This document shows positions 1-9,775 of a DNA stretch of 64,000 nucleotides, one piece after another. The DNA comes from Deltaproteobacteria bacterium (lineage in GTDB: Bacteria > Myxococcota > Myxococcia > Myxococcales > SZAS-1): positions 18,407 to 82,406 of the forward strand of contig JAFEBB010000023.1 in NCBI GenBank assembly GCA_018266075.1. The letters run 5' to 3'. Below the pieces are notes generated by a model. It had not been told where the DNA came from. It saw only the letters and a program-made list of their open reading frames with translations, and made no database searches. Made by a program: the position numbers and the translations under genes. Each line of letters begins with the position of its first letter. Within the stretch, counting starts at the first letter, position 1.

Positions 1-1
1 G

Positions 2-433
2 CACGTGTGCCTGCACCACGCCAAGAGCCGCGCCGTGCTCTGCGGCGACATGGTGGCCAACGGCTCGACGATCATCGTCGACCCGCCCGAGGGCAACATG
101 CGCCAGTACCTGGCGAGCCTGGAGCGGCTGAAGGCGCTGCCCGCGGGCACGCTCTATCCGGCGCACGGCGCGGCCATGGCCGAGGGCCAGGCCAAGCTCG
201 ACGAGTACCTCGCGCACCGCAAGCTGCGCATCGACGCGCTCGAGGCCGCGCTGGAAGACGGGCCGCTCACGTCGGCCGAGCTGGTGGCGCGCGTGTACAC
301 CGACGTGCCCGAGGCCATCTGGCCCATCGCCGAGCGGAGTGCGTTGGCGTCGCTGGGCTACCTCGTCGAGGCGGGCCGGGTGGTGGAGCAGGGCGCGCGC
401 TTCGCCCGCCCCGCGGCGCGATCGGTGGAGTAG
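2..433 (+). CDS. MBL-fold metallo-hydrolase, C-terminal part (5' end lies outside the window)
   Basis: The frame is open from the window edge to TAG 431-433, with strong GC3 bias. It has a 'LYPAHG' His motif followed by a helical tail 'LDEYLAHRKLRIDALEAAL..PLTSAELV'. The same architecture is seen in the complete MBL gene at 39917 ('CPGHGEPF...YEKRQAKLLGAL..PHTALELV'). Confidence 0.6.
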   Translation, partial: HVCLHHAKSRAVLCGDMVANGSTIIVDPPEGNMRQYLASLERLKALPAGTLYPAHGAAMAEGQAKLDEYLAHRKLRIDALEAALEDGPLTSAELVARVYTDVPEAIWPIAERSALASLGYLVEAGRVVEQGARFARPAARSVE

Positions 434-442
434 AGTTTCGGC

Positions 443-1237
443 ATGAAGGCGTACCTGGAGCTGCTGGGCCGCGCGCTCAACGAAGGCGTGAGGAAGTCGG
501 ACCGCACCGGCACCGGCACCCTGAGCCTCTTCGGCCCGCAGCTGCGCTTCGACTTGAGCCAGGGTTTTCCGCTCCTGACCACGAAGAAGGTGCACACCAA
601 GTCGATCATCTACGAGCTGCTCTGGCTGCTGCGCGGCGACACCAACGTGCGCTGGCTCCAGGAGCACGGCGTCAGCATCTGGGACGAGTGGGCGAACGAG
701 ACGGGCGAGCTCGGGCCCGTCTACGGCAAGCAGTGGCGCAGCTGGGCCGGCGCGGACGGAAAAACGTACGACCAGATCGCGCAGGTCGTCGACGAGATCC
801 GCAAGAACCCCGACTCCCGCCGGCTGGTGGTGTCCGCGTGGAACGTGGCCGACCTGCCCAAGATGGCGCTCGCGCCCTGCCACGCAATGTTCCAGTTCTA
901 CGTGGCCAACGGGAAGCTGAGCTGTCAGCTCTACCAGCGCAGCGGCGACATCTTCCTGGGCGTGCCCTTCAACATCGCCTCGTATGCGCTGCTCACGATG
1001 ATGATCGCCCAGGTGACGAAGCTGCAGCCCGGCGAGTTCGTCCATACCCTGGGCGACGCGCACCTCTACTTGAACCACGTGGAGCAGGCGAAGCTGCAGC
1101 TCTCCCGCGAGCCCCGGCCGCTGCCGCGGATGGTGCTCAACCCGAACGTGAAGTCGATCTTCGAGTTCAAGTTCGAGGACTTCAGGCTCGAGGGTTACGA
1201 CCCGCATCCCGCGATCTCGGCGCCGGTGGCGGTATGA
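443..1237 (+). CDS. thyA: Thymidylate synthase
   Basis: 264-aa ORF that reads as ThyA along its whole length: '[12 protein letters not shown]', the catalytic '[13 protein letters not shown]', and '[20 protein letters not shown]'. ATG at 443, 9 nt after the upstream stop. Confidence 0.97.
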   Translation: MKAYLELLGRALNEGVRKSDRTGTGTLSLFGPQLRFDLSQGFPLLTTKKVHTKSIIYELLWLLRGDTNVRWLQEHGVSIWDEWANETGELGPVYGKQWRSWAGADGKTYDQIAQVVDEIRKNPDSRRLVVSAWNVADLPKMALAPCHAMFQFYVANGKLSCQLYQRSGDIFLGVPFNIASYALLTMMIAQVTKLQPGEFVHTLGDAHLYLNHVEQAKLQLSREPRPLPRMVLNPNVKSIFEFKFEDFRLEGYDPHPAISAPVAV

Positions 1238-1722
1238 GCGCGCGGGTCACGCTGATCGCCGCGGTGGCGTCGAACCGGGTGATCGGCCGCGAGAACAAGC
1301 TGCCCTGGCGCGTCCCCGGCGATCTGCCGCGCTTCAAGGCCACCACGCTCGGCCAGACGCTGATCATGGGCCGCAAGACCTTCCAGTCCATCGGCAAGGC
1401 GCTGCCCGGCCGGACGACGATTGTGGTCACGCGCAGCCTGGTCTTCGATGCGCCCGGCGTGGAGGTCGCGCACACCCTCGACGACGCGCTCGCGCGGGTG
1501 CGTACGGCCGAGGCCTTCGTGGCCGGCGGCGGCGACGTGTACCGCCAGGCGTTGCCGCACGCGCAGCGCATGCTGCTCACGGAGATCGAGGCGCCGTTCG
1601 AGGGCGACGCGTACTTCCCCGAGTTCGACCGCGCCCAGTGGAGGTTGACCCACGAGGAGCGTCAGCCGCCGAGCCAGGACTTCCCGCACGCGGTGCACTA
1701 TCGCGTGTACGAGCGTCCCTGA
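1234..1722 (+). CDS. folA: Dihydrofolate reductase
   Basis: ATG 1234 overlaps the thyA stop (ATGA). DHFR motifs 'IGRENKLPW', '[12 protein letters not shown]' and 'VAGGGDVY' are present. 162 aa, and the classic thyA-folA pairing. Confidence 0.93.
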   Translation: MSARVTLIAAVASNRVIGRENKLPWRVPGDLPRFKATTLGQTLIMGRKTFQSIGKALPGRTTIVVTRSLVFDAPGVEVAHTLDDALARVRTAEAFVAGGGDVYRQALPHAQRMLLTEIEAPFEGDAYFPEFDRAQWRLTHEERQPPSQDFPHAVHYRVYERP

Positions 1723-1745
1723 GCGGATTTGGAGAGGGCCCGAGC

Positions 1746-1913
1746 GCGTTGGGAGTGCGGGCGATCGCGTTTGGAGTGCGGGCGATCGGGTTTCGAATCA
1801 GGTCCATCCCAATGCGAGGAGGTCCGATCCCATTTCGAAGTGGGCCGATCGCATTGCGGATCGCCCCGATCGCATTGCGAACCGGGGCGATCCGGTTGCG
1901 AACCAGGGCGATC
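1746..1913. repeat. Tandem 21-bp repeat, 8 phased copies, 7 of them ending in GATC
   Basis: Units run 1746-1766, 1767-1787 and so on to 1893-1913. Examples: GCGTTGGGAGTGCGGGCGATC, GCGTTTGGAGTGCGGGCGATC, GCATTGCGAACCGGGGCGATC, CGGTTGCGAACCAGGGCGATC. The terminal (G/C)ATC falls at 1763, 1784, 1805, 1826, 1847, 1868, 1889 and 1910, exactly 21 nt apart. The array fills the gap between the convergent folA stop (1722) and the protease stop (1912-1914). Confidence 0.9.
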
Positions 1914-4900
1914 AGCTCCGGCGGCGCCGCGCCAGGCCCAGGAGGGACACGATCGCAAACGGCAGGAGCTCCGCGCCGCCTGCGCCGCAGCCGCAGCCCT
2001 TCTTCTTGGTGTCGCCGCCGCTGCCGGCGTCGGGGCTCTCGGTGGGGCCTTTGCGCTGCACCAGCGGCGTGGCGTAGTCGCCGGTGTTCTGCAGGTCGTG
2101 ATGGTAGCTCTCCCAGTTGATCTTGCCGTTGGCCGGGCCCTTCGTCTTCCACGCCCAGAGGTAGCCGTTGCGGCTGAAGGTGACGACGTCGAGGTATCCG
2201 TCGCCGTCGAGATCGCCCACCGCGGGCGTGGTCATGTTCCAGCCGCCGGTGAGCTTGGGCCAGCCGGCGGGCTGGTGGCCGTCCTTGTCGAAGGCGGTGA
2301 TGAGGTAGCCGCCGTTGCCGGAGATGATCTCCGGGAAGCCGTCGCCGGTGATGTCGGCGATCGCGTAGTTGGTGAGGAATTGGTAGTCGGTGGTGAGCTG
2401 CGGGAACGCGGGCAGCATCGCCGCGAGCGCCGTGGGCTGGCCGTGCGCCTTCGCCTTCTGGAGCGCCAGGCCCGCATTCCACGCGGTGACCTGGTGGTCG
2501 TAGTCGTGGCGCTTGTTGCCATGGCCGCCGTTGAGGGTGTCGAGGAGCGGCACGGTGCCGTCGACGTACTCCAGCAGCCCGTCGCCATCGAGATCGCCCA
2601 CCGCGCCCATGTTCACGATCACCGTCGACACCGGCTGCTTGCTGGTGGCGGTGCTGTTGCTCGCGGTGATGCTGGAGTTGGTGTTGAGGAGCTGGTTGCC
2701 GTTGGCGTCCCAGGCCATCGCCGCGGTGCCGACGGGGTGCGTGAAGAGCTCGGGCTTTCCGTCGCCGTCGATGTCGGCGATGAGCGGGCTGTCCGGGTTG
2801 CCGCGGCCCACGTAGGGCAAGAGGTCGCCGTAGAGCGCGGTGAGGTGCACGGGCCAGCCGGGCTTGTAGGCGGTGGTCCAGTCCGTCCCCGAGGCGCCGG
2901 TGTTCTTGATGAGGTAGGCGCGGGCGGAGGTGTTGTTGTCGTAGACCTCGTTGGAGCCCACGAGGATCTCCGGCTTGCCGTCGCCGTCCACGTCGCCGAC
3001 CGCGGGCGTGGTGATGATGCGGCCCCGCGTCGTCAGCGTCTGGCTGCCGTCGGCGCCGCCCTGCGGATCGCGCACCTGCACCGGGAAGCCGGGCAGCTCG
3101 TGGCCCTGGTAGTTCCACACGTGCACGTAGCCGTCGAGGCCGGCCTGGACGATGTCCAGCTTGCCGTCGCCGTCCAGGTCCGCGAGCACCGGCGCCGCGA
3201 AGAAGCCGCGCTCCACCTCGTCGAGCTGCGAGACCTGGTTGCCGCCGTCGGGGAGCGCGGAGAGCGTCCACTCGCCGGCGCGCTTCATCTTGCCCACCTG
3301 GTCGGGCACCTCGAGGGGCAGGGTGTCGTCGCCGAGCTTCACCGGGAAGCCCGCGAGCTCGGTGCCGTCGAGCTTCACCGCGTGCACCTCGCCTTCCATC
3401 GTGGCGACGACGATGTCGAGCTTGCCGTCGCCGTCCACGTCGCCCACTGCGGGCGGCGCGTCGATCTCCTGGTACGCGTCGTTGAAGCCCGCGTCGTCGA
3501 TGAGCGCGCCCGGGTGGTTGGTGAGGATGGGGTTCTTGCTCACGCGCACCGGGAAGCCGGGCAGCTCGGTGAAGTCCATGTGCATGGCGTGGATGAGGCC
3601 GTCGGCGCTGCCGAAGACGATCTCGTCCTTGCCGTCGCCGTCGAGGTCCACCAGCTTGGGCGAGCTCTCGCCGGAGGCCGTCGGCGCGGCCGGATTGCCG
3701 CTGTTGGCGACCTTGTGGGGGAAGCCGGGGAGCAGGTCGTCGTCCTGGTGCACCCAGATGGTCTTGCGTGACTCGCCCTTCACGTCGCCGATGCTGCCGC
3801 CGTAGTGCGCGGTGGCGCGGATGCGCAGCGTGACCGCGAACTGGAAGGGGCCGCCGTTGGGGTAGATGCGGCCGTCCACGCCGGGCGCCTGGTCCACGTT
3901 CGGCACGAGGCCCACCAGGTTCAGCGACGCCGTGGTGATGTCCAGGTGGCCGGTGCCCGAGCCGGTGCTGACGGTGTGGAACTGATCGTCGGTGGGCTCG
4001 AGGCCGTACGCCGCCTCGACCACGTAGTCGAAGCCGTTCGCGGCGCGGCTCGCGTCCACCAGGCCGGTGATGTTCAGCGTCGGCGTGCGCGAGGGATCGA
4101 AGAAGTCGAACCAGAGCGGCGAGGTGATGTCCACCTCGGGCGGGATCTTGCCGTCGTGGAGCGCGTCGAGCGCGGCGCGGACGTTGGGCCGGCCGTAGCC
4201 CGAGTGCGCGTCCCAGCCCGGGCCCATGTAGAAGTCGGTGTAGCCCGAGCCGCCGTCGGCGAACTGCTTGAGCTGGCCCGAGCCGGGCTTGTTCATGTCG
4301 AAGGTGGTCATGGTCATGACCTGGTAGGCCTCGGGCGCGGAGAGCGGCGGGTTGAGGCCGAGCTGCTTCGCGTACGAGAAGATGAGGCCCATGATTCCCG
4401 CGTTGCGGCCGGTGCTCTGGCTCGACGATCCCGCGACGGCGCTCACCGCGATGTGCGGACCCCAGTTCGTGCCGTTCGAGAAGTTGATGTACGTGGTGAT
4501 GGCCGGGTCGTCCCAGCCGTTGTCGCTGTCGTAGCCGTGGCCGTCGACGCAGAGCGTGTGCTCCAGGTTCGCGGGATACATCTGGTGCATCGAGGTCTCG
4601 TCGGCGCTGGAGGCCACGAGGATGGCGCCGTGACGCCAGGCGTAGTTGATGGCCTCCTGGCCGAAGGGGTTGTTGTTGAGCGTGATCTGCGCGCTCTGGA
4701 ACACCGACGCGCCTTGGCCCACGGCGTAGTACATGGCCATGCCCTGCGCCGCGGTCTGGCCCACGAACGAGTCGCCCGAGCGCACCGGGAGCACCGAGCA
4801 CTTGGGGCAGGTGCCGAGGTCGTCGGTGCCGTTGTTGCCCTCTTCGCTCGAGTCGGAGGTCGTCCCGTTGCCGTGGCTGTAGCCCTGGCCGCCGTTGCCG

Positions 4901-5592
4901 GTGTCGTCGAAGGCGTCGTTGTCGTCCCAGAAGAAGTCCCAGCCGCAGATGTCGTCGACGTAGCCGTTGCCGTCGACGACGCTGGTGCCGAAGCCGTCCT
5001 TGCCGTCGCTGAAGATGGCGATGAGGTCCTGCGGATCCAGCCAGCCGTTGTGGTTCACGTCGCCGTGATCCGCGCGCGCGAGCAGCGTCTGATCGGCCAC
5101 CAGCGCGATCGACGGGAGCTGGCCCGGCTGCGCGGTGGTGTAGTCGCTCAGGTTGAAGACGCCGTCGTTGTTGCAGTCGTACGGATCCGTGCCCACGCAG
5201 TCGGTGCGGTTGGGCGGCGGCAGCTCCTTGCGGTTCAGGTACCACTTGTTGAGCAGGTCGCTGTTGTCCCACTTAAAGCCGGAGTCGAGCACGGCGATGA
5301 TCACGTTGCCGTCGCCGGTGGAGCGCTGGAAGGCGGCGTCGAGGCCCATGCCGATGCCCGCGGCCTTCTCCACGTCGGACACGTTGGGGTTGTTCTGTAC
5401 CGCGGTCGGCGTCCAGGCCCAGAGATCCCAGCGGCCGGGGAACGAGGGATCGTCGGGCCAGTACATGGAGTTGGAGAGATCCTGCGTCTGCACGCCGATC
5501 GGCGCGGGGAAGTTCGGGTTCCTGGCCTCGGCCGGGGCGGCCAGGAGCGCCACGAGAACCAGCGCGGGGACCAGCAGCTTGCGCAAACGCAT
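1912..5592 (-). CDS. Secreted subtilisin-like (S8) protease fused to an FG-GAP/VCBS beta-propeller, with a MYXO-CTERM tail
   Basis: 1226 aa. RBS GGAAGAGG lies upstream of the ATG at 5592 and the signal peptide is 'MRLRKLLVPALVLVALLAAPAEA'. S8 Asp box 'VIIAVLDSGF' and His box 'HGNGTTS' are present, but the Ser region 'GSSSQSTGRNAG' is non-canonical. About 8 FG-GAP repeats are visible ('DLDGDGKDEIVFG', 'GDVDGDGKLDIVVA', 'ADLDGDGKLDIVQA' ...). Confidence 0.85.
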   Translation of the reverse strand: MRLRKLLVPALVLVALLAAPAEARNPNFPAPIGVQTQDLSNSMYWPDDPSFPGRWDLWAWTPTAVQNNPNVSDVEKAAGIGMGLDAAFQRSTGDGNVIIAVLDSGFKWDNSDLLNKWYLNRKELPPPNRTDCVGTDPYDCNNDGVFNLSDYTTAQPGQLPSIALVADQTLLARADHGDVNHNGWLDPQDLIAIFSDGKDGFGTSVVDGNGYVDDICGWDFFWDDNDAFDDTGNGGQGYSHGNGTTSDSSEEGNNGTDDLGTCPKCSVLPVRSGDSFVGQTAAQGMAMYYAVGQGASVFQSAQITLNNNPFGQEAINYAWRHGAILVASSADETSMHQMYPANLEHTLCVDGHGYDSDNGWDDPAITTYINFSNGTNWGPHIAVSAVAGSSSQSTGRNAGIMGLIFSYAKQLGLNPPLSAPEAYQVMTMTTFDMNKPGSGQLKQFADGGSGYTDFYMGPGWDAHSGYGRPNVRAALDALHDGKIPPEVDITSPLWFDFFDPSRTPTLNITGLVDASRAANGFDYVVEAAYGLEPTDDQFHTVSTGSGTGHLDITTASLNLVGLVPNVDQAPGVDGRIYPNGGPFQFAVTLRIRATAHYGGSIGDVKGESRKTIWVHQDDDLLPGFPHKVANSGNPAAPTASGESSPKLVDLDGDGKDEIVFGSADGLIHAMHMDFTELPGFPVRVSKNPILTNHPGALIDDAGFNDAYQEIDAPPAVGDVDGDGKLDIVVATMEGEVHAVKLDGTELAGFPVKLGDDTLPLEVPDQVGKMKRAGEWTLSALPDGGNQVSQLDEVERGFFAAPVLADLDGDGKLDIVQAGLDGYVHVWNYQGHELPGFPVQVRDPQGGADGSQTLTTRGRIITTPAVGDVDGDGKPEILVGSNEVYDNNTSARAYLIKNTGASGTDWTTAYKPGWPVHLTALYGDLLPYVGRGNPDSPLIADIDGDGKPELFTHPVGTAAMAWDANGNQLLNTNSSITASNSTATSKQPVSTVIVNMGAVGDLDGDGLLEYVDGTVPLLDTLNGGHGNKRHDYDHQVTAWNAGLALQKAKAHGQPTALAAMLPAFPQLTTDYQFLTNYAIADITGDGFPEIISGNGGYLITAFDKDGHQPAGWPKLTGGWNMTTPAVGDLDGDGYLDVVTFSRNGYLWAWKTKGPANGKINWESYHHDLQNTGDYATPLVQRKGPTESPDAGSGGDTKKKGCGCGAGGAELLPFAIVSLLGLARRRRS
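1915..1998 (-). other. MYXO-CTERM (GC_trans_RRR) C-terminal sorting domain of the protease
   Basis: The C-terminus reads 'GCGCGAGGAELLPFAIVSLLGLARRRRS': a Gly-Cys motif, a hydrophobic helix and an Arg cluster. Confidence 0.8.
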
Positions 5593-5752
5593 GCAGACCT
5601 CTTCCGGAAAAACGGAGCGCGCTTTCTAGCCGACCGCCCCACGCGTGGCGAGCCCACCGCCCACGATCGACAACCAGGGATCCGATTGCCGTTGGGCGAG
5701 ATCGAGCGCGCGCGGTTTGACGCCCTGCGCCGCCCGCGTTATCGCCTCGCCC

Positions 5753-6709
5753 GTGGACGTGTTCCGCCAGATCGCCGAGGTGCGTGGGGCGCTGCAGGGC
5801 GCGTCGCTCTGCCTGGGCAACTTCGACGGCGTGCACCTGGGACACCAGGCGCTCTTCGCCACCGCGCGCATCCACGCCGGCCGACGCGGCGCCAAGTCGG
5901 CGGCGCTGACGTTCGATCCGCACCCGGCGAAGGTGCTCGCGCCAGACGTCGCCCCTCGGCAGATCTCCACGCTCGAGCAGAAGCTGGCCTTGATGGAGCG
6001 CTGCGGTCTCTCGGCGGTGGTGGTGCAGCCCTTTGATCGCGCGTTCGCCGCGCACACGCCGGCCGATTTCGAGGCGCTGCTGCTGGAGACGCTGAAGGTG
6101 GGCGAGCTGGTGGTGGGCTTCGACTACACCTACGGCAAGGCGCGCGCGGGTACGGTGGACACGCTGCGCGCGGCCTGCGAGGCGCGGGGCGCGGGCTTCT
6201 CGGTGGTGCCCAAGGTCACGGTCGACGGGCTCCCGGCGTCGAGCACCAAGGTCCGCGAGCTGCTCCTCGACGGCAAGGTCGCGCCCGCCGCGCGCCTCCT
6301 GGACCGGCACTACGCGCTTGTGGGCGAGGTGGTGCGCGGGGCCGGGCGCGGGCGCGGCATCGGCTTTCCGACCGCGAACCTCAGCACCCCGGCCGAGCTC
6401 ATCCCCGGCTCGGGCGTGTACGCGGTGCTCGCGCGCGTGGACGGCAAGACCTGGCCCGCGGCGGTGAACATCGGCCGAAAGCCCACGGTGGCGGGCGAGA
6501 ACGAGCCCATCACCGTGGAGGTGCACCTCATCGGCTTCGAGGGCGACCTCTACGGCAAGCAGATGGAGGCGGTGTTCCTGGAGCGGCTCCGCGGCGAGCA
6601 GCGGTTCCCCGGCATCGACGCGCTCAAGGCACAGATCGGCCGCGACGTCGAGCGCGCCCGCGGGATCTGCCAAGCGCACACGCCGCTCCCGTTGGACGCG
6701 GACGTCTGA
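5753..6709 (+). CDS. ribF: Bifunctional riboflavin kinase / FMN adenylyltransferase
   Basis: 'LCLGNFDGVHLGHQALF' (FAD synthetase nucleotidyltransferase motif), 'GRGIGFPTANL' and 'EVHLIGFEGDLYG' (riboflavin kinase). The ORF is open from 5645, but GTG 5753 gives a typical length of about 318 aa. The start is uncertain. Confidence 0.88.
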   Translation: MDVFRQIAEVRGALQGASLCLGNFDGVHLGHQALFATARIHAGRRGAKSAALTFDPHPAKVLAPDVAPRQISTLEQKLALMERCGLSAVVVQPFDRAFAAHTPADFEALLLETLKVGELVVGFDYTYGKARAGTVDTLRAACEARGAGFSVVPKVTVDGLPASSTKVRELLLDGKVAPAARLLDRHYALVGEVVRGAGRGRGIGFPTANLSTPAELIPGSGVYAVLARVDGKTWPAAVNIGRKPTVAGENEPITVEVHLIGFEGDLYGKQMEAVFLERLRGEQRFPGIDALKAQIGRDVERARGICQAHTPLPLDADV

Positions 6710-6721
6710 CCGCGCTGATCG

Positions 6722-6751
6722 TTGACGCTTCCGTGAAGCGGCTGTTACCGT
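6722..6751 (+). promoter_or_regulatory. Candidate sigma-70-type promoter upstream of pilB
   Basis: TTGACG (6722-6727), an 18-nt spacer, then TACCGT (6746-6751, TAnnnT), about 60 nt upstream of the pilB ATG. Pattern match only. Confidence 0.25.
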
Positions 6752-6809
6752 TTTGCCTCCGCGCGCTGCCTCGCGCGCGCCCTCTTTCCGCCTCATCGGG
6801 AGAATCAGC

Positions 6810-8510
<1,701 letters not shown>

Positions 8511-8556
8511 TCATATCGAGATATAGCTCAATCCCGCAGTCCCGGAGCGCGTTTCC

Positions 8557-9663
8557 ATGGCAAATCTGCACCAGCTGTTGAAGGCGATGGTCGAGAAGGG
8601 CGCGAGCGATCTGCACATCACCACCGGCTCGCCACCGCAGCTGCGCATCGACGGCGACCTGGTGCCGCTCAAGACCGCCCCGCTCACGCCCGTGGAGACC
8701 AAGCAGCTCTGCTACTCGATCTTGACCGACGCGCAGAAGCACAAGTTCGAAGAGGACAACGAGCTCGACCTCTCCTTCGGCGTGAAGAGCCTCTCGCGCT
8801 TCCGCGCCAACATCTTTATGCAGCGCGGCGCGGTGGCGGGCGCGTTCCGAACCATTCCCTTCAAGATCTTGAGCTTCAACGAGCTCGGCCTGCCGCAGGT
8901 GGTGGCCGATCTCTCGAAGAAGCCGCGCGGCCTGATCCTGGTGACGGGACCGACCGGCTCGGGCAAGAGCACGACCCTGGCGTCGATCATCGACAAGATC
9001 AACACCGAGCGTCATGAGCACATCATGACCATCGAAGATCCCATCGAGTACCTGCACCCGCACAAGAACTGCCTGGTGAACCAGCGCGAGGTGGGCGCGG
9101 ATACCAAGAGCTTCAAGCTGGCGCTCAAGTACATCCTCCGGCAGGACCCCGACGTGGTGCTCATCGGCGAAATGCGAGACCTCGAGACCATCGAGGCGGC
9201 GCTCACCATCTCCGAGACCGGCCACCTGGCCTTCGGCACCCTGCACACCAACAGCTGCGTGCAGACCATCAACCGCATCCTCGACGTGTTCCCGCCCTAC
9301 CAACAGCCGCAGGTGCGCGCGCAGATGAGCTTCACGCTCGAGGGCGTGCTCAGCCAGGCGCTGATCCCGCGCGCTGGCCAGCCGGGCCGCATCCTGGGGC
9401 TGGAGGTCATGGTGCCCAACAGCGCCATCCGGAACCTCATCCGCGAGGACAAGGTCCACCAGATCTACTCGCAGATGCAGGTCGGCCAGGCCAAGTTCGG
9501 CATGCAGACCTTCAACCAGAGCCTCTTTGCGCTGCTCTCCAAGCGCATGATCACCCAGGACGAGGCCTTTGGCCGCTCGAGCGATCCCGAGGAGCTGCGC
9601 AACATGATCGCCAACGGCGGCAGCATGGCTCGGCCCGTCCAGACCCCGCAGGCGGCCCGGTAG
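8557..9663 (+). CDS. pilT: Type IV pilus retraction ATPase
   Basis: 368 aa. 'GASDLHITTGSPPQLRIDG', Walker A 'GPTGSGKSTT', 'LIGEMRDLETI', and the PilT signature 'AIRNLIREDKVHQIYS'. Confidence 0.95.
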   Translation: MANLHQLLKAMVEKGASDLHITTGSPPQLRIDGDLVPLKTAPLTPVETKQLCYSILTDAQKHKFEEDNELDLSFGVKSLSRFRANIFMQRGAVAGAFRTIPFKILSFNELGLPQVVADLSKKPRGLILVTGPTGSGKSTTLASIIDKINTERHEHIMTIEDPIEYLHPHKNCLVNQREVGADTKSFKLALKYILRQDPDVVLIGEMRDLETIEAALTISETGHLAFGTLHTNSCVQTINRILDVFPPYQQPQVRAQMSFTLEGVLSQALIPRAGQPGRILGLEVMVPNSAIRNLIREDKVHQIYSQMQVGQAKFGMQTFNQSLFALLSKRMITQDEAFGRSSDPEELRNMIANGGSMARPVQTPQAAR

Positions 9664-9703
9664 CCGGTCCTACCTGCACGCACCTCGGGGCAGGCCGGCT
9701 TTT
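9664..9703 (+). terminator. Possible intrinsic terminator or attenuator after pilT
   Basis: An interrupted stem CCGGtCCTaCC ... GGgGcAGGCCGG (9664-9698) is followed by CTTTT (9699-9703). The stem is imperfect. Confidence 0.35.
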
Positions 9704-9775
9704 GGGAGTTGAAGCGCGAATGGCGTAGCATGCGGACTGGGCAAAGTTCTGCCCACCGTTTTCGTGGAGGCAGCG

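Noticed and set aside
1729-1958. The 21-bp repeat read as a coding heptad repeat ('RSRLECG...' on the + strand, 'IRNAIGP...' on the - strand) or as a CRISPR array.
   Set aside because: There is no credible start or RBS. The frames are continuations of spurious ORFs and the array lies beyond both neighbouring stop codons. For CRISPR, the units are contiguous with no spacers and are too short.
1577-5272. Very long alternative-frame or antisense ORFs: 1577-5272 (-) 1231 aa, 7-1722 (+), 9551-12601 (-), 50247-53444 (-) 1065 aa, 59543-64000 (+) 1485 aa, and many ORFs of 100-700 aa.
   Set aside because: Their translations are Arg/Pro/Gly/Ala-rich low-complexity sequence typical of out-of-frame reading of high-GC DNA, where stop codons are rare. 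They overlap genes with clear motifs and correct GC3 bias, and they have no RBS or domain support.
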